A DNA stretch of 64,000 nucleotides. Origin: Alphaproteobacteria bacterium. GTDB lineage: Bacteria > Pseudomonadota > Alphaproteobacteria > Rs-D84. Position 1 is the first letter of the stretch. Each line of letters opens with the position of its first letter. Below, piece by piece: positions 39,236 to 50,133 of this stretch. The notes beneath the pieces are model-generated. The model saw nothing but the letters and a program-made list of their open reading frames with translations. It ran no database searches and was not told where the DNA came from. The stretch covers positions 34,834 through 98,833 of the forward strand of contig WRHR01000002.1 of assembly GCA_009783145.1 (NCBI GenBank), read 5' to 3'. The position numbers and the translations under genes were made by a program.

Positions 39236-40793
39236 ATGCGGTAAAAAGCGGATGTCCAGTATAGGGACTGCTTTGAAACTCCGGATGGAACTGGCCCGCG
39301 ATATAGAACGGATGATCCGGAATTTCGATTATTTCGGGCAGGCGGCCGTCCGGAGACTTTCCACTGATTACCATCCCGTGCGCGCTAAGAATATTTTCGT
39401 ACTTTATATTTAATTCGTAACGATGCCGGTGGCGTTCCGAAATTTTGGGCGCGCCGTAAATCTTTTCCGCCAGCGTTCCCGGTTTTATAAAGCAAGGATA
39501 CGCGCCCAGGCGCAACGTTCCGCCCAAATCGATCTTGTCGTGACCCGGCATTATGTCTATTACCGGCTCGCACTTGTCCGAGAACTCCGTACTGTGCGCA
39601 TTTTTTATTCCGGCGACATTGCGCATGAATTCTATAACCGCGACCTGCATCCCCAGACAAATTCCAAGATAAGGGATTTTGTTTTCGCGCGCGTATTCTG
39701 CGGCGGCTATCTTCCCGTCTATCCCGCGCGCGCCGAATCCGCCGGGGACCAGAATTGCGGACACGCCCGCCAAGTCTTTCGGATCGAATTTCTCCGCATC
39801 GACTTTTTTGATTTTCACGCGGACGTTGTTTTGAATTCCGGCATGGAATAACGCTTCATTCAACGATTTGTACGCATCGGGAACGTCAAAATACTTTCCG
39901 ACCATCGCGATTTCAACCTCTTGCAAATCGCCGGACAAGTACTTTTCGATACGATGAAAGCGCGACAGATCGCCGGCTTTGTTCTCCAGGCCGAAATGCT
40001 CCGCCGCGCGCGCGAACATATCCTGGGCCTCGTACGCCAGCGGAATCTTGTAAATATTATCAACGTTGACCCCCGAAATCACACTGCGCTCCGGCAGATT
40101 GCAGAACAGACCGATTTTTTCACGCTCGCTTTGCTCCAGCATGCGCGGGCTCCGCACGATCAGCATATCCGCCTGGATTCCGCTTTCCAGCAGCAGGCGC
40201 GTCGATTGCTGCGTTGGCTTCGTTTTCAATTCTCCGCTCTGTTCCAGATAAGGCGCCAAGGTCAAATGTACGAACATCACATTGCGCCGCCCGATATCGT
40301 TCGCGAACTGGCGGATTGATTCAAGAAGCACATTGGCTTCCATATCGCCTACGGTTCCGCCAAGCTCGCAAATTATGAAATCGGCATTGTCCGCAGGGGC
40401 GGCGATGTATTCCTTTATCTTATCCGTAATATGCGGAATTGTCTGAACCGTCGCGCCCAAGTAATCGCCGCGCCTTTCCGCATTCAGGACTTCCCAATAA
40501 ACTCGGCCCCCAGATACGGAATCGTTCCGCGACAACTTTATATCCAGAAATCTTTCATAATACCCCAGGTCCAAATCAGTCTCGAACCCGTCGTCGGTAA
40601 CGTAAACTTCCCCATGCTGCAGAGGCGACATAGTGCCGGGATCGACATTCAGATAACCGTCGAACTTGCGCGAATGAACGGCATATCCGCGCGATTGCAG
40701 CAGCGCGCCCAAGCTTACGGCCGCGACGCCCTTGCCCAATGACGATACTACGCCGCCGGTTATGAAAATATATTTGGGGGATTTTTGTTCCAT
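39210..40793 (-). CDS. pyrG: CTP synthase
   Basis: N-terminal synthetase P-loop GGVVSSLGKG, C-terminal GATase (GICLGMQ). Confidence 0.9.
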   Translation of the reverse strand: MEQKSPKYIFITGGVVSSLGKGVAAVSLGALLQSRGYAVHSRKFDGYLNVDPGTMSPLQHGEVYVTDDGFETDLDLGYYERFLDIKLSRNDSVSGGRVYWEVLNAERRGDYLGATVQTIPHITDKIKEYIAAPADNADFIICELGGTVGDMEANVLLESIRQFANDIGRRNVMFVHLTLAPYLEQSGELKTKPTQQSTRLLLESGIQADMLIVRSPRMLEQSEREKIGLFCNLPERSVISGVNVDNIYKIPLAYEAQDMFARAAEHFGLENKAGDLSRFHRIEKYLSGDLQEVEIAMVGKYFDVPDAYKSLNEALFHAGIQNNVRVKIKKVDAEKFDPKDLAGVSAILVPGGFGARGIDGKIAAAEYARENKIPYLGICLGMQVAVIEFMRNVAGIKNAHSTEFSDKCEPVIDIMPGHDKIDLGGTLRLGAYPCFIKPGTLAEKIYGAPKISERHRHRYELNIKYENILSAHGMVISGKSPDGRLPEIIEIPDHPFYIAGQFHPEFQSSPYTGHPLFTAFIAAALKS

Positions 40794-40846
40794 AAGAAAA
40801 CTCCTTATGGACTTCTATAATAGCATTTATTAGGATTTGATTCAAG

Positions 40847-42766
40847 ATGAATTCGGCATTTGCTCTTTTCTCGTTCTGCGCGGGTATCGCGATTTATTTC
40901 ACATTGCCGTTGGAGCCGTCGGTCGCCTATCCTTTGCTAATAGCGGCTTTATGCGCGGCGAACTTTTTCGTCTGGCGGAAAAACCGCGCCGCGATCGTTT
41001 TCGCGCTTCTGTTCGGGTTCTTCTATTCAGCCCTCTATACCCGGCTGATAGACATTCCGCGGATAACATATCCAAAGCGCGATATAGAAATCTCCGGCAT
41101 CGTGAAAGGCATAGATTACACGCCGGATAGAATCCGGATATTCATAAAGACATCGCTTATCGGCGCGGGAGCATACGGCCGGCCCGAAGACGCGACAACC
41201 ACGCCTATGCTCGTGCGTTTATCCATGGCGGCAGATAGCCAGCTGCCGGGCATAGGCGATGAAATCACGGCAACCGCAACCTTGTTCCCGCCAAGGGCTG
41301 CGGACAGTATTGGGGGATTCGACAGCGCCGAATGGGCTTACTTCGCTGGAATTTCCGCGACCGGCGTAATAAAAGAAATGTCCGTAACGAATCCGAAGCC
41401 GAAATCGGATATCGCGACTTTGCGCGATTATATGCATCATCAGTTCCGCTCGCCGCTGTTCGATTCGCTTGTGCTGGGATACAAGCGCACTATGACCGCG
41501 GAAGAAAACAACGCTTGGAAAGCAGCCGGCGTCGCGCATGTATTCGCCATCAGCGGATTTCATATGACTCTGGTCGGAGGATGGCTGTTCGCGATATTCT
41601 ATTTTCTGTTCCGCGCCATGCCGGCAGTGACGCGGAGGTCTTCCGCAAGGTATCCGGCAATGATCTGCGCTTGGTTCGGACTGCTGTTTTATCTGTTCCT
41701 GTCGGGCGCCAATGTCGCGACGCAAAGGGCGTTCCTGATGACCAGTTTCGTATTCGCGGCATTCATGTTCGGGCGCAGCGTCTTCTCGATGCGCAACGCA
41801 TGCATAGTCTTTGTCGCATTGCTGCTTGCATGCCCGCATTATTTGCTGCAGGCGGGATTCCAGCTTTCATTCAGCGCGATCTTCGGACTGATATGGTATT
41901 TCAGCGGCGCAAAGTATGCAAAGCTTTCGCGCTGGCAGAAAGTAAAGCGCGGCATAAAGGCCATGGTTATGACGACGATGGTCGCGACGCTCTTCACCGG
42001 GCCGTTCATCGCGTATCATTTCAATATGGTTCAGATTTACAGCCTGATCGGCAATCTGCTTTGCCTGCCGATTTTCTCTTTTCTGATTATGCCGCTGGTA
42101 TTGCTTGGACGCGTGGAATGGGCGGGGACGGTTTACGGCTTCGCGCTGGATATCGCGCGATGGATTGAAACTCTGCCGGCCGCGCTGTTGCAAATCCCAA
42201 GGGTTTCGGGACCAGCCTTGACCTTGATGGTCGTCGGACTGCTGTGCCTGATAATGGTTAAGAATAAAAGAATGCAAATTATTGCGACGGCATCCTGTTT
42301 TCTGTTATCCGCGATTTGGATTACGGCAAGCCCCAGGCCGGTATTCTACGCAAGCGCGGACCACGAGCTCATAGGACTGGTCAAAGACGGAAAATTGCAT
42401 TTCAACAGAAATAAAGCCAGCGGAAATAACTTCGCGTTCGATTCGTGGAAGCTGTCAAACTTCGAGCAGGCAGGCACAATAAACCTGCGCATAAAGTGCG
42501 AAAAAGGACTATGCGAAATCAATACCGAAAAATGGAATCTGGCGTATACTCAAAAGTTCATTCCGCTGTTGAACAATATGGAAAAGTTATGCGCGGAAAA
42601 TGACTTCATAGTTTCGTATTTGAAAATAGAAGCGCCGAACTGCAGGGCCGAAATCCTGCGCGGGGGATTCGTGATTTACAAAAGCGGCAAGGTGGAATAC
42701 GTAACCGCTAACCGTTACTGGCATATTCGGCCGAAACAAAATACAGACCGGACGGCGGAGCAGTAG
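40847..42766 (+). CDS. comEC: ComEC/Rec2-family DNA internalisation channel protein (no obvious metallo-beta-lactamase domain)
   Basis: DUF4131 + competence domain (AGVAHVFAISGFHMTLVGGW), about 10 TM, 639 aa. Confidence 0.65.
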   Translation: MNSAFALFSFCAGIAIYFTLPLEPSVAYPLLIAALCAANFFVWRKNRAAIVFALLFGFFYSALYTRLIDIPRITYPKRDIEISGIVKGIDYTPDRIRIFIKTSLIGAGAYGRPEDATTTPMLVRLSMAADSQLPGIGDEITATATLFPPRAADSIGGFDSAEWAYFAGISATGVIKEMSVTNPKPKSDIATLRDYMHHQFRSPLFDSLVLGYKRTMTAEENNAWKAAGVAHVFAISGFHMTLVGGWLFAIFYFLFRAMPAVTRRSSARYPAMICAWFGLLFYLFLSGANVATQRAFLMTSFVFAAFMFGRSVFSMRNACIVFVALLLACPHYLLQAGFQLSFSAIFGLIWYFSGAKYAKLSRWQKVKRGIKAMVMTTMVATLFTGPFIAYHFNMVQIYSLIGNLLCLPIFSFLIMPLVLLGRVEWAGTVYGFALDIARWIETLPAALLQIPRVSGPALTLMVVGLLCLIMVKNKRMQIIATASCFLLSAIWITASPRPVFYASADHELIGLVKDGKLHFNRNKASGNNFAFDSWKLSNFEQAGTINLRIKCEKGLCEINTEKWNLAYTQKFIPLLNNMEKLCAENDFIVSYLKIEAPNCRAEILRGGFVIYKSGKVEYVTANRYWHIRPKQNTDRTAEQ

Positions 42767-43457
42767 GCCCCGCGGCGCTGCGATTTTTCGCCGCAAAGAT
42801 TTCATCTATGTCGTACGGTTTTCCCAGCCCGATTTCAACCAAGGTCCCGACCATATTGCGGACTTGGTGATGCAGGAATGACCGCGCGGAAAAATCAATC
42901 GTTATCAGTTCCCCGTTACTTGTTATTCGTATTTCATCAAGAGTTTTTACGGGCGATTTAGCCTGGCATTCCGAAGCGCGAAAACTCGTGAAGTCATGAT
43001 TGCCATGCAGTTTCTCAGCCGCAGCGCGCATAGCGTCGATATCCAGCGATCGCGGAATCCACCAGACCTTATTTTTATCCAATACGGCCGGCGCGCGCCT
43101 ATTCAAAATCACATAGCGATAATTTCGCCGCAGGCAAGAAAATCGAGCATGAAAATCATCGGGAACAATTTCGCAATTCAGAACGCAAACCGGCGCATCG
43201 TTCAGATAAAAATTAAGCGCGCGCATAACCGTTTCCGCATCATGATCTGAATCAGATAAATCAAAATGGCAAGCCATGCCAAGAGCATGCACGCCGGCGT
43301 CCGTGCGGCCAGCTGCAAAGACTTCCACGTATTGCTGGCAGAACTTGAACACAGCATCCTGCAGCAAAGACTGCACGGATGGCCCCTGAGCATTTTCCTG
43401 CCAGCCGATCAAATCCGTCCCGTCGTATTCAAGAGTGAGTTTATAGCGAGTCATTTT
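42708..43457 (-). CDS. truA: tRNA pseudouridine(38-40) synthase
   Basis: GRTDAGVHALGM catalytic motif; start taken at MTRYKLTLEYDG. Confidence 0.8.
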   Translation of the reverse strand, partial: KMTRYKLTLEYDGTDLIGWQENAQGPSVQSLLQDAVFKFCQQYVEVFAAGRTDAGVHALGMACHFDLSDSDHDAETVMRALNFYLNDAPVCVLNCEIVPDDFHARFSCLRRNYRYVILNRRAPAVLDKNKVWWIPRSLDIDAMRAAAEKLHGNHDFTSFRASECQAKSPVKTLDEIRITSNGELITIDFSARSFLHHQVRNMVGTLVEIGLGKPYDIDEIFAAKNRSAAGPTAPPSGLYFVSAEYASNG

Positions 43458-44251
43458 CCAAATTCTATCTTCCCGCGCTGGCCGTTTACAAAATCTTTCC
43501 ACGCCATAGGCTTCTTTCCGGCGGGCTGCACGCGCAGGATTTCTAATTTTCCATCCACTATCTTTGTTTCCAAAATCTTTACATCAATCCCGTTGATAAC
43601 CGTGCGGGCGCCAATGCTGCGAACTTGATTATGAATTTCGCGCGGGCTTTGCGACCAATCAATCAGTTCGTCATCTCCCGTCCATTTGCGCGTGAATGTC
43701 GGCGTTCCAACTTGCGGCCGTGGGGGATACTTCTCCGGCGAACGCAGATATTCCAAAATCATCGGCGTGGCGATTTCGCCAACGCGCGCCTCGACATCGG
43801 CCAAGGCATCGTTTTCGCCAATAGCAAATGCCTGCCGCATCAGCACATCGCCCGCGTCGACTTCCTTTGCTACTTGCATCAGGCAGACCGCGCTGTCCGC
43901 GTCGCCGTTGTAAATGGCAGTAGTCATAGGCGACGGCCCGCGATACTTTGGCAAATCACTGGGATGAATATTAAGCGTCGGCGCGGCATTCAACACGTCG
44001 TCTTTCAATATAACGCCATAAGATGCAACAAGGATATAATCGGCACCGTTTCCTTGAAATTCCTTAATGCTGGTATGCACTGGAATTCCATGCGATTCGG
44101 CCCATTCGTGAACCGCGGATTTCTTCAGCTCTTTTTTGCGGCCCGCCGGTTTTGGCGCGCGAGTAAATACGGCAACGATATCATGCTCCGCCGCCACGCG
44201 GTCAAATACCGGTATTACCCAAGAAGATGTGCCCATTAAAATCAGCTTCAT
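43451..44251 (-). CDS. fmt: Methionyl-tRNA formyltransferase (short form, 266 aa)
   Basis: Formyl_trans_N (HPSDLPKYRGPSP) + shortened C-domain; fmt-def adjacency. Confidence 0.8.
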   Translation of the reverse strand: MKLILMGTSSWVIPVFDRVAAEHDIVAVFTRAPKPAGRKKELKKSAVHEWAESHGIPVHTSIKEFQGNGADYILVASYGVILKDDVLNAAPTLNIHPSDLPKYRGPSPMTTAIYNGDADSAVCLMQVAKEVDAGDVLMRQAFAIGENDALADVEARVGEIATPMILEYLRSPEKYPPRPQVGTPTFTRKWTGDDELIDWSQSPREIHNQVRSIGARTVINGIDVKILETKIVDGKLEILRVQPAGKKPMAWKDFVNGQRGKIEFGK

Positions 44252-44766
44252 TTTCTCTTCCTAACTTTCCTCATCATCATCTCGCGCTTTACGGGCGACA
44301 AATGGTCTATAAACAAGATTCCGTCCAGGTGGTCTATTTCATGCTGGAAAATCCGCCCGGAAAACCCGGTCAACTCTCGCGTCTGGCGCGCCCCAAGCTC
44401 GTCCGTCCATTCGGCGATTACTGATTCGGGACGCTCCACATCCGCATATATCGGCAAATCGTCCGGCCCCAGAATGGACAAGCAGCCTTCTTCCTTTATG
44501 CAAATCTTTTCGGACTTCGATATAATCCGCGGGTTTATCATTTTATGCAGTATGCCGGGGTCTTTGCGATTTTTCACTTCCCTCATCACGATAAAGCGCA
44601 AAAGGACTCCGACCTGGGGCGCGGCCAGGCCGACGCCGTTCTGCTCGTCCATCATTTCGGCCATTTGGGCTAATTGGTCGCGAACTTGGGGAGTAATATT
44701 CCCCACCGGCGCGCACTTTTCACGCAGCACAAGGTCCCCGCAAAGTTTCATTTGTAATTTGCTCAT
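44248..44766 (-). CDS. def: Peptide deformylase
   Basis: GVGLAAPQ, EGCLS, HEIDHLDG motifs. Confidence 0.9.
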   Translation of the reverse strand: MSKLQMKLCGDLVLREKCAPVGNITPQVRDQLAQMAEMMDEQNGVGLAAPQVGVLLRFIVMREVKNRKDPGILHKMINPRIISKSEKICIKEEGCLSILGPDDLPIYADVERPESVIAEWTDELGARQTRELTGFSGRIFQHEIDHLDGILFIDHLSPVKREMMMRKVRKRK

Positions 44767-44798
44767 AGCTGGTTATAATCATAACAAAGGAAATTGAA

Positions 44799-45671
44799 AT
44801 GGCAATCATTTTCGCACTTTTGGGCGTAATTATAATTCTACTGGTGATTTTGCTGGTCCGGCGCCAAACCGTGGACTTATCCAGTCTGCGCGAGGATAAC
44901 GTCCGTATGCGGGAAAAACTGGCCGAGCGCTTGGGCGCCTTGGCACAGAACGCTGCGGACCTGAAGAACATCAGCGGCGATATCGCGAATTTCAAGAATA
45001 TCCTTATGGGCTCGAAACAAGCGCGCGGAAGTTTTGGCGAACGCCAATTGGAAGATCTGGTCGCCGATATAATGCCTCCGGAAACTTATGCTTTCCAGAC
45101 AACTATGGAAAACGGAGTTCGCCCGGATTGCATAATCCGCCTTCCCTATCCGCCAGGAGATATGATTATAGACAGCAAGTTCCCGCTGGAGGGATACGCG
45201 AAATACACCGAAACGCCAGACGACGGGACAAGGAAGATTTTTGAGCTTTCCGTGCGCACTCATATAGATTCGATCGCATCGAAATATATTATTCCGGGCA
45301 AGACGGCTGAAAGCGCAATGATGTTCATCGCGTCGGAATCGATTTTCGAAACCCTGCATCGCGAGTTTCCGGGTATCATAGATTACGCCGCGCGCAAGAA
45401 AGTCTTTATAGTGTCGCCAGCGACATTGTGGGCGACATTGAATACAATCCGCGCAGTGCTGTCTGACATAAAAATCAAGCGCGTTGCGGGACAGATAAAA
45501 AAAGAATTGGATATGCTGCTGACGGACTTGGGGCGCCTGAACGAGCGCGCAGGAAAACTTGACTCTCACTTCCGCGCAACAGCGACGGATTTGGAAGACT
45601 TGCAAACCTCAATCCGCAAAATCACCCCGCGCGCGGAAAAGCTGAGAGAATTAGAATTCGGCGACGAGTAA
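44799..45671 (+). CDS. rmuC: DNA recombination protein RmuC (short)
   Basis: N-terminal TM + coiled coil + RmuC nuclease-like domain. Confidence 0.65.
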   Translation: MAIIFALLGVIIILLVILLVRRQTVDLSSLREDNVRMREKLAERLGALAQNAADLKNISGDIANFKNILMGSKQARGSFGERQLEDLVADIMPPETYAFQTTMENGVRPDCIIRLPYPPGDMIIDSKFPLEGYAKYTETPDDGTRKIFELSVRTHIDSIASKYIIPGKTAESAMMFIASESIFETLHREFPGIIDYAARKKVFIVSPATLWATLNTIRAVLSDIKIKRVAGQIKKELDMLLTDLGRLNERAGKLDSHFRATATDLEDLQTSIRKITPRAEKLRELEFGDE

Positions 45672-45673
45672 TC

Positions 45674-46312
45674 TTATCCCGAAACGCGCTGACCGGTTTT
45701 CGGATTTATCCAGATTTGCTCTTTCGCCAATGACATCATCGGCATGTCGGATTTATTATCCGAATAAGCCCGGACTACATTCGGCATTATTTTTTTACGC
45801 CGCGCCCATCCGTCCAAAGCAACGACCTTGTTCTCGCCCCAGTTGAACGACTTAAACGACTTGTACTTCCAAGGCTGCGCGCGATCCATCTCCGAACAGA
45901 TAACACCGTCAAAGCCCAAGTCCTCCACCAGCGGCTTTATCAAATAACTTGGCGACGCGGAAAGGCACAGCGCTATATTTCCGGCAGCTTTTTCTGCGGC
46001 CACCGTTTTTTTCGCCCACGCGAAACGTTTCTTTTTAAATCCTCGGATAAATTCCGGCGCAAGCCGCGCCACCATATCCGCCGATAAGCACCGGCGCATT
46101 ACCCGGCGCCACAAAAATGAAAGCGACGTTATGCGCCCCGGCACGCGCGGCCGGTCGAACAGCTTCAATATTCCGCCAAGCAGAATAAGCGGCAGAAAAA
46201 ACCAAGGACGCGGCGAATGCATAAAGCAATATAATACAAATCCGGTATTCGCATCACCAGCCGACAGCGTCCCGTCAAAATCAAAAACAACAATGTTTTG
46301 TTTTTTTATCAT
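45674..46312 (-). CDS. HAD-superfamily hydrolase (HAD-IB-like)
   Basis: Motif I VVFDFDGTL. Confidence 0.55.
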   Translation of the reverse strand: MIKKQNIVVFDFDGTLSAGDANTGFVLYCFMHSPRPWFFLPLILLGGILKLFDRPRVPGRITSLSFLWRRVMRRCLSADMVARLAPEFIRGFKKKRFAWAKKTVAAEKAAGNIALCLSASPSYLIKPLVEDLGFDGVICSEMDRAQPWKYKSFKSFNWGENKVVALDGWARRKKIMPNVVRAYSDNKSDMPMMSLAKEQIWINPKTGQRVSG

Positions 46313-46317
46313 TCCAC

Positions 46318-46438
46318 TACCCCGCCCACTTCGTGGGCACCCCTTCGCCAGCGAATGGGAATTTAGACCGAGCCATGCCGAAGCAAATTCCCCTTCGCTG
46401 GCGAAGGGGTGGCGGCGAAGCCGCCGGGGTAGTGGTTT
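46318..46438. repeat. Nested palindromic element (ccactaccccg...ccccttcgccagcgaa...ttcgctggcgaagggg...cggggtagtgg)
   Basis: Two concentric inverted repeats between the acrB stop and the HAD start. Confidence 0.7.
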
Positions 46439-49400
46439 TTATTTATTACGATTACGCACGCGTTCCATCAGAGTGAATATAGCCGGTGTGACCATGAAAG
46501 TCCAGAACAATGATGCCAGGATTCCGCCGCAAATAACCGCGGCCATGCTGCTTTTCATCCCGTCCACGGACCAAAGCTGCGGCACCATTCCGGCCGCAAC
46601 CGCAATCGTGGCCATCAGAATCATACGTTTTTTGTCGTTAAACTCCGCCCACAGCGCGCTTGTCCGCGATTCCCCCTGGTTTATCCTGGCAATCGTCGGC
46701 TCCAACAGCAGAATATTGTTGTTCACGACCAAGCCCACCAGCATGACTATGGCCAGCATCGCGGCCACATTGATGGTGGCCCCCGACAGGAACATCAATA
46801 TGAACACTCCGGAAAAGCTGGTGAGTATTCCCGTCGCAATCGTAAACGGATGCACCCAGGTATTCATCATCGCCGCCAGCAGCATAAAAGTCAAAATCGT
46901 CGCCAGCAGAAACGCCTGCCCGATTTCCCCGGTCGTCTCGGACTGGATTTCGCTCATCCCGCCGAACTGCGCGTAATAACCGGGCGCCCAGTCGATGGTT
47001 TTCAGCGCCGATTCTATCCTGCTCTGCACGGGACCTATGGTGCTTTTACCCAGATTGATATTTATTTCAGTAATGCGGTTTTTATCCAGGCGGCGGATAT
47101 CCGGCGTTGCTTGCGCGAATTTTATCTCGCCCAATTCCGACATCGGCACCAGGCCCTTTTGCGACGCGACGAACACGCTGTCGAACATCTCGCGATTTTT
47201 GAACGGCTTCGCGAATTCCAAGACTATCGGGTATTCCTTGCCCGCTTCCTTGTATTTGTAAGAGTCATTTCCAAACAATGCGGTTCGCAAGGCGGTGCCG
47301 GCGTACGCATTTTTTATTCCCCAGAAACTCATCGCGTCGGCGTCCGGAACAAACGTGATTTCCATGCCGGGGGCTTGCTGCGCGCGAACCGCGCTTTGGA
47401 TTTCCGGAATTCGGTTCAGCAGCTCTATGACCTGATCCGCGTATGCTTCGCGCTTTGTATCGTCTTCACCATTTATGTCCAAAATCATGTCGGACGAGTA
47501 ATCGCCGCCCATAGCTTCGCCCGCGCGAATCTGAATTTCCGCGTCCGGAATCTGAGACAATGCGGGCAGCATAACTTGGGCCAAGCGCTTGTCCGAAAGT
47601 TTTCTTTTCCCATACGGCACCAGCTCTACCTTTACGGTTACATTCTGAACGCCGCGCTCCCCGATTTTTACCGAAGTGGATTTTACTTCCGTAAATTCGC
47701 GCAGCTTTTCCTCGATCTGCAGCGCGATCTTTTCGGCCTTCGCATAAGAGCTTCCCGCCGGCGCCCGCGCCGTGACCGTGATTTGACTTGCGTCTATATC
47801 AGGCCTGAACTCGTTCCCGACCCAACGCATCGGAATCAAGCTGAGCACCAAAACAGCCGCGGCAATACCGACCGCTTGCCATGGTTTTTTCAACTGCCAA
47901 TCATAAATCGGTTTGAACCAAGAAAGAGAATTGTCATTTTTCTTTTCTTTATTCTTTATTCTTTTTTCTTTATTCTTTCTTAAAATCTTCGCGATCATCA
48001 TCGGCGTCAGGGTAAAGCTGAACATCAAAGACAATATCGTCAAAAACACGACGGTCAATCCAAACTGAGCCATAAACTGACCCGCAATCCCGCCCATGAA
48101 CGCGATTGGCAGAAACACGACTATATTCGTGCCCGTCGCCGCCAGGATCGGAACCACGACTTTTTTGGTGCCGTCGACCGCCGCTTGTTCCGGCGTTTTC
48201 CCGACATCTAATTCTTTCAGCGCCGCCTCTATCAGAACTATCGCGTTGGAGATCAAAGTCCCCAAAGCCGACGAGCACGCCAGCAAAGTCATCGCGTTAA
48301 TCGTAAATCCCGCCGCGTCCATAAACAGGAATCCCGCAACCAAAGATGCCGGTATCACAATGCCGGCTATTACCGTGGACCGCCAGTTGCGCGTAAAAAA
48401 TAAAAGCGTCAAAACAGTAAGGGCCAACCCCAAAACTATCCCAAGAATCGTGTTGTTTGTTTCCTTTGAAACAGCAACAGAAGAATCGGATATTATTTCC
48501 ATCCGCGCATCCGGATAGCGCGTCTGCATGTCTTTTTCCAGTGCGGGCAATTGCTTATGCAATTGGTTGGCAATCTTTATGGCATTTCCGTCAGTGGCTT
48601 TTACCACGGATAAAATCACGACCGGCTTGCCGTCATAACGCGCGCCGGTCTCGATATCGCGCGCGGCATCTTTGACATCCGCGATGTCGCGCAAGGCAAA
48701 GTTCTGGCCTTCGGCCGTAGTGATATGCAGGCCCTTGATATCGTCGACAGATTGGAATTCTCCAATAAAGCGTATGTTGTTGGAGTCCTGCCCCGCCTCT
48801 ATCTTTCCGCCCGGCACGTTCAGGTTATGGGCGGCCAGCGCCCCCACTATATCCATAACGGCAACGCCGCGCGCGGCCATCAGCTCTGGATTCATAAATA
48901 TGCGAACAGCGCGGCTTTCCCCGCCGAACAGAGAAACGGAGGCAACGCCCTTCACAGCCGTAATTTTATTCGCAAGCGCGTCGTTGACATAGAATTCCAA
49001 GTCGCGCGGGTTGGTCCCGGTCAGAACTATATCCACAACCGATTGCTGCAGAGGGTTCAGCTTTTCCACAACCGGCTGTTTTAATCCTTCGGGGAATTCG
49101 TTCGAAATCGCGTCCAGCTTTGCCTTCACTTCGGCCGCCTTGTCATTGACATTCACGCCGATGTTGAATTCCGCCATGACGAAGCCGCCGTTTTCAAAGG
49201 CTTGGGATTGTATGCGCTTTATTCCCGCAACTTCGGACATGGCATCTTCCGCTTTTTGAACGACCTGGGTTTCTATTTCCGCAGGAGACGCGCCGGGATA
49301 GACAAGCGTCGCCGTAACCATGGGCAGGTCTATGGGGGGTATGCGCTCCACATTCATTTTCGGGAACGCGACAATCCCCAGCACCACCCACAAAAGTACG

Positions 49401-49444
49401 AACATAATCGTAGTAACCGGCCGCTGCACGAAAAATTTTATCAT
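46439..49444 (-). CDS. acrB: RND multidrug efflux permease (AcrB/HAE1 family)
   Basis: 1001 aa, 12 TM, two large periplasmic loops; contains an in-frame (aagaata) repeat at 47943-47983. Confidence 0.85.
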   Translation of the reverse strand: MIKFFVQRPVTTIMFVLLWVVLGIVAFPKMNVERIPPIDLPMVTATLVYPGASPAEIETQVVQKAEDAMSEVAGIKRIQSQAFENGGFVMAEFNIGVNVNDKAAEVKAKLDAISNEFPEGLKQPVVEKLNPLQQSVVDIVLTGTNPRDLEFYVNDALANKITAVKGVASVSLFGGESRAVRIFMNPELMAARGVAVMDIVGALAAHNLNVPGGKIEAGQDSNNIRFIGEFQSVDDIKGLHITTAEGQNFALRDIADVKDAARDIETGARYDGKPVVILSVVKATDGNAIKIANQLHKQLPALEKDMQTRYPDARMEIISDSSVAVSKETNNTILGIVLGLALTVLTLLFFTRNWRSTVIAGIVIPASLVAGFLFMDAAGFTINAMTLLACSSALGTLISNAIVLIEAALKELDVGKTPEQAAVDGTKKVVVPILAATGTNIVVFLPIAFMGGIAGQFMAQFGLTVVFLTILSLMFSFTLTPMMIAKILRKNKEKRIKNKEKKNDNSLSWFKPIYDWQLKKPWQAVGIAAAVLVLSLIPMRWVGNEFRPDIDASQITVTARAPAGSSYAKAEKIALQIEEKLREFTEVKSTSVKIGERGVQNVTVKVELVPYGKRKLSDKRLAQVMLPALSQIPDAEIQIRAGEAMGGDYSSDMILDINGEDDTKREAYADQVIELLNRIPEIQSAVRAQQAPGMEITFVPDADAMSFWGIKNAYAGTALRTALFGNDSYKYKEAGKEYPIVLEFAKPFKNREMFDSVFVASQKGLVPMSELGEIKFAQATPDIRRLDKNRITEININLGKSTIGPVQSRIESALKTIDWAPGYYAQFGGMSEIQSETTGEIGQAFLLATILTFMLLAAMMNTWVHPFTIATGILTSFSGVFILMFLSGATINVAAMLAIVMLVGLVVNNNILLLEPTIARINQGESRTSALWAEFNDKKRMILMATIAVAAGMVPQLWSVDGMKSSMAAVICGGILASLFWTFMVTPAIFTLMERVRNRNK

Positions 49445-49466
49445 TTTAAAAACCTTTGGTTTTATT

Positions 49467-49590
49467 AGGTAGGAGGTAGGAAGTTGGAGGTAGGAGGTAA
49501 GAGAGTAAAAGTTTTTTCTTTTAATTTATAGAATAAATTCTTAATCACCAACTTCCTACCTCCTACTTCCTACTTTCTACTTTTGTCCCT
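49467..49590. repeat. Heptamer-array hairpin element, family D with central ttggtgattaagaatttat core (inverted relative to the 53330-53462 copy)
   Basis: taggtaggaggtaggaagttggaggtaggaggtaagagagtaaaag ... accaacttcctacctcctacttcctactttctac. Confidence 0.8.
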
Positions 49591-50123
49591 TCTTCCACCC
49601 TGGAAAGAATAATCACATCGCCGTCATTCAATCCGCGCTGGATTATGGCGTTTTCTGAATCTGCGCCCAGCACTTTCACTTCGCGGCGCACCGCGATTCC
49701 GTTTTCCAGGGCCATCACGGCACTGTTATTCACCGCGTAAATCGGAACCATAATACCAGTATATCTCGCTTCGGCGAATTGCTCGCCATCTTCGGCCCCC
49801 TGCGTTTTTATCATATACATTCCGGTATCCAGGTCCAGTCTGGAAGCGACGGAAACTATGCGCCCCGCGCCGACGCGCTGACCCACGCCGAACTTTCCAA
49901 TGCGGGCTCCGGACACGAACGAGCGGTTATTATGGATGAACAAGGGCTCGCGCAATACGCCCATTTCTTCCTGCGCGGTAATGGTTTGAACGGGCACGTG
50001 CGAGGCGCGCGCGGCGTTGAATACTTCGCGTTTGCTTTCCGAATAAATCGAATGGACGCGGAATCCGATCCAGCCCGCCATTATAACGCCTAATAAAATA
50101 TATATTGTCTTTTTCATAACCAC
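49563..50123 (-). CDS. Short RND periplasmic adaptor (membrane fusion protein) lacking the alpha-hairpin region
   Basis: 186 aa, N-terminal TM + beta-barrel/MP-like C-terminal half; position between tolC and acrB. Confidence 0.5.
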   Translation of the reverse strand: MVMKKTIYILLGVIMAGWIGFRVHSIYSESKREVFNAARASHVPVQTITAQEEMGVLREPLFIHNNRSFVSGARIGKFGVGQRVGAGRIVSVASRLDLDTGMYMIKTQGAEDGEQFAEARYTGIMVPIYAVNNSAVMALENGIAVRREVKVLGADSENAIIQRGLNDGDVIILSRVEEGTKVESRK

Positions 50124-50133
50124 CCCGTTTTAT

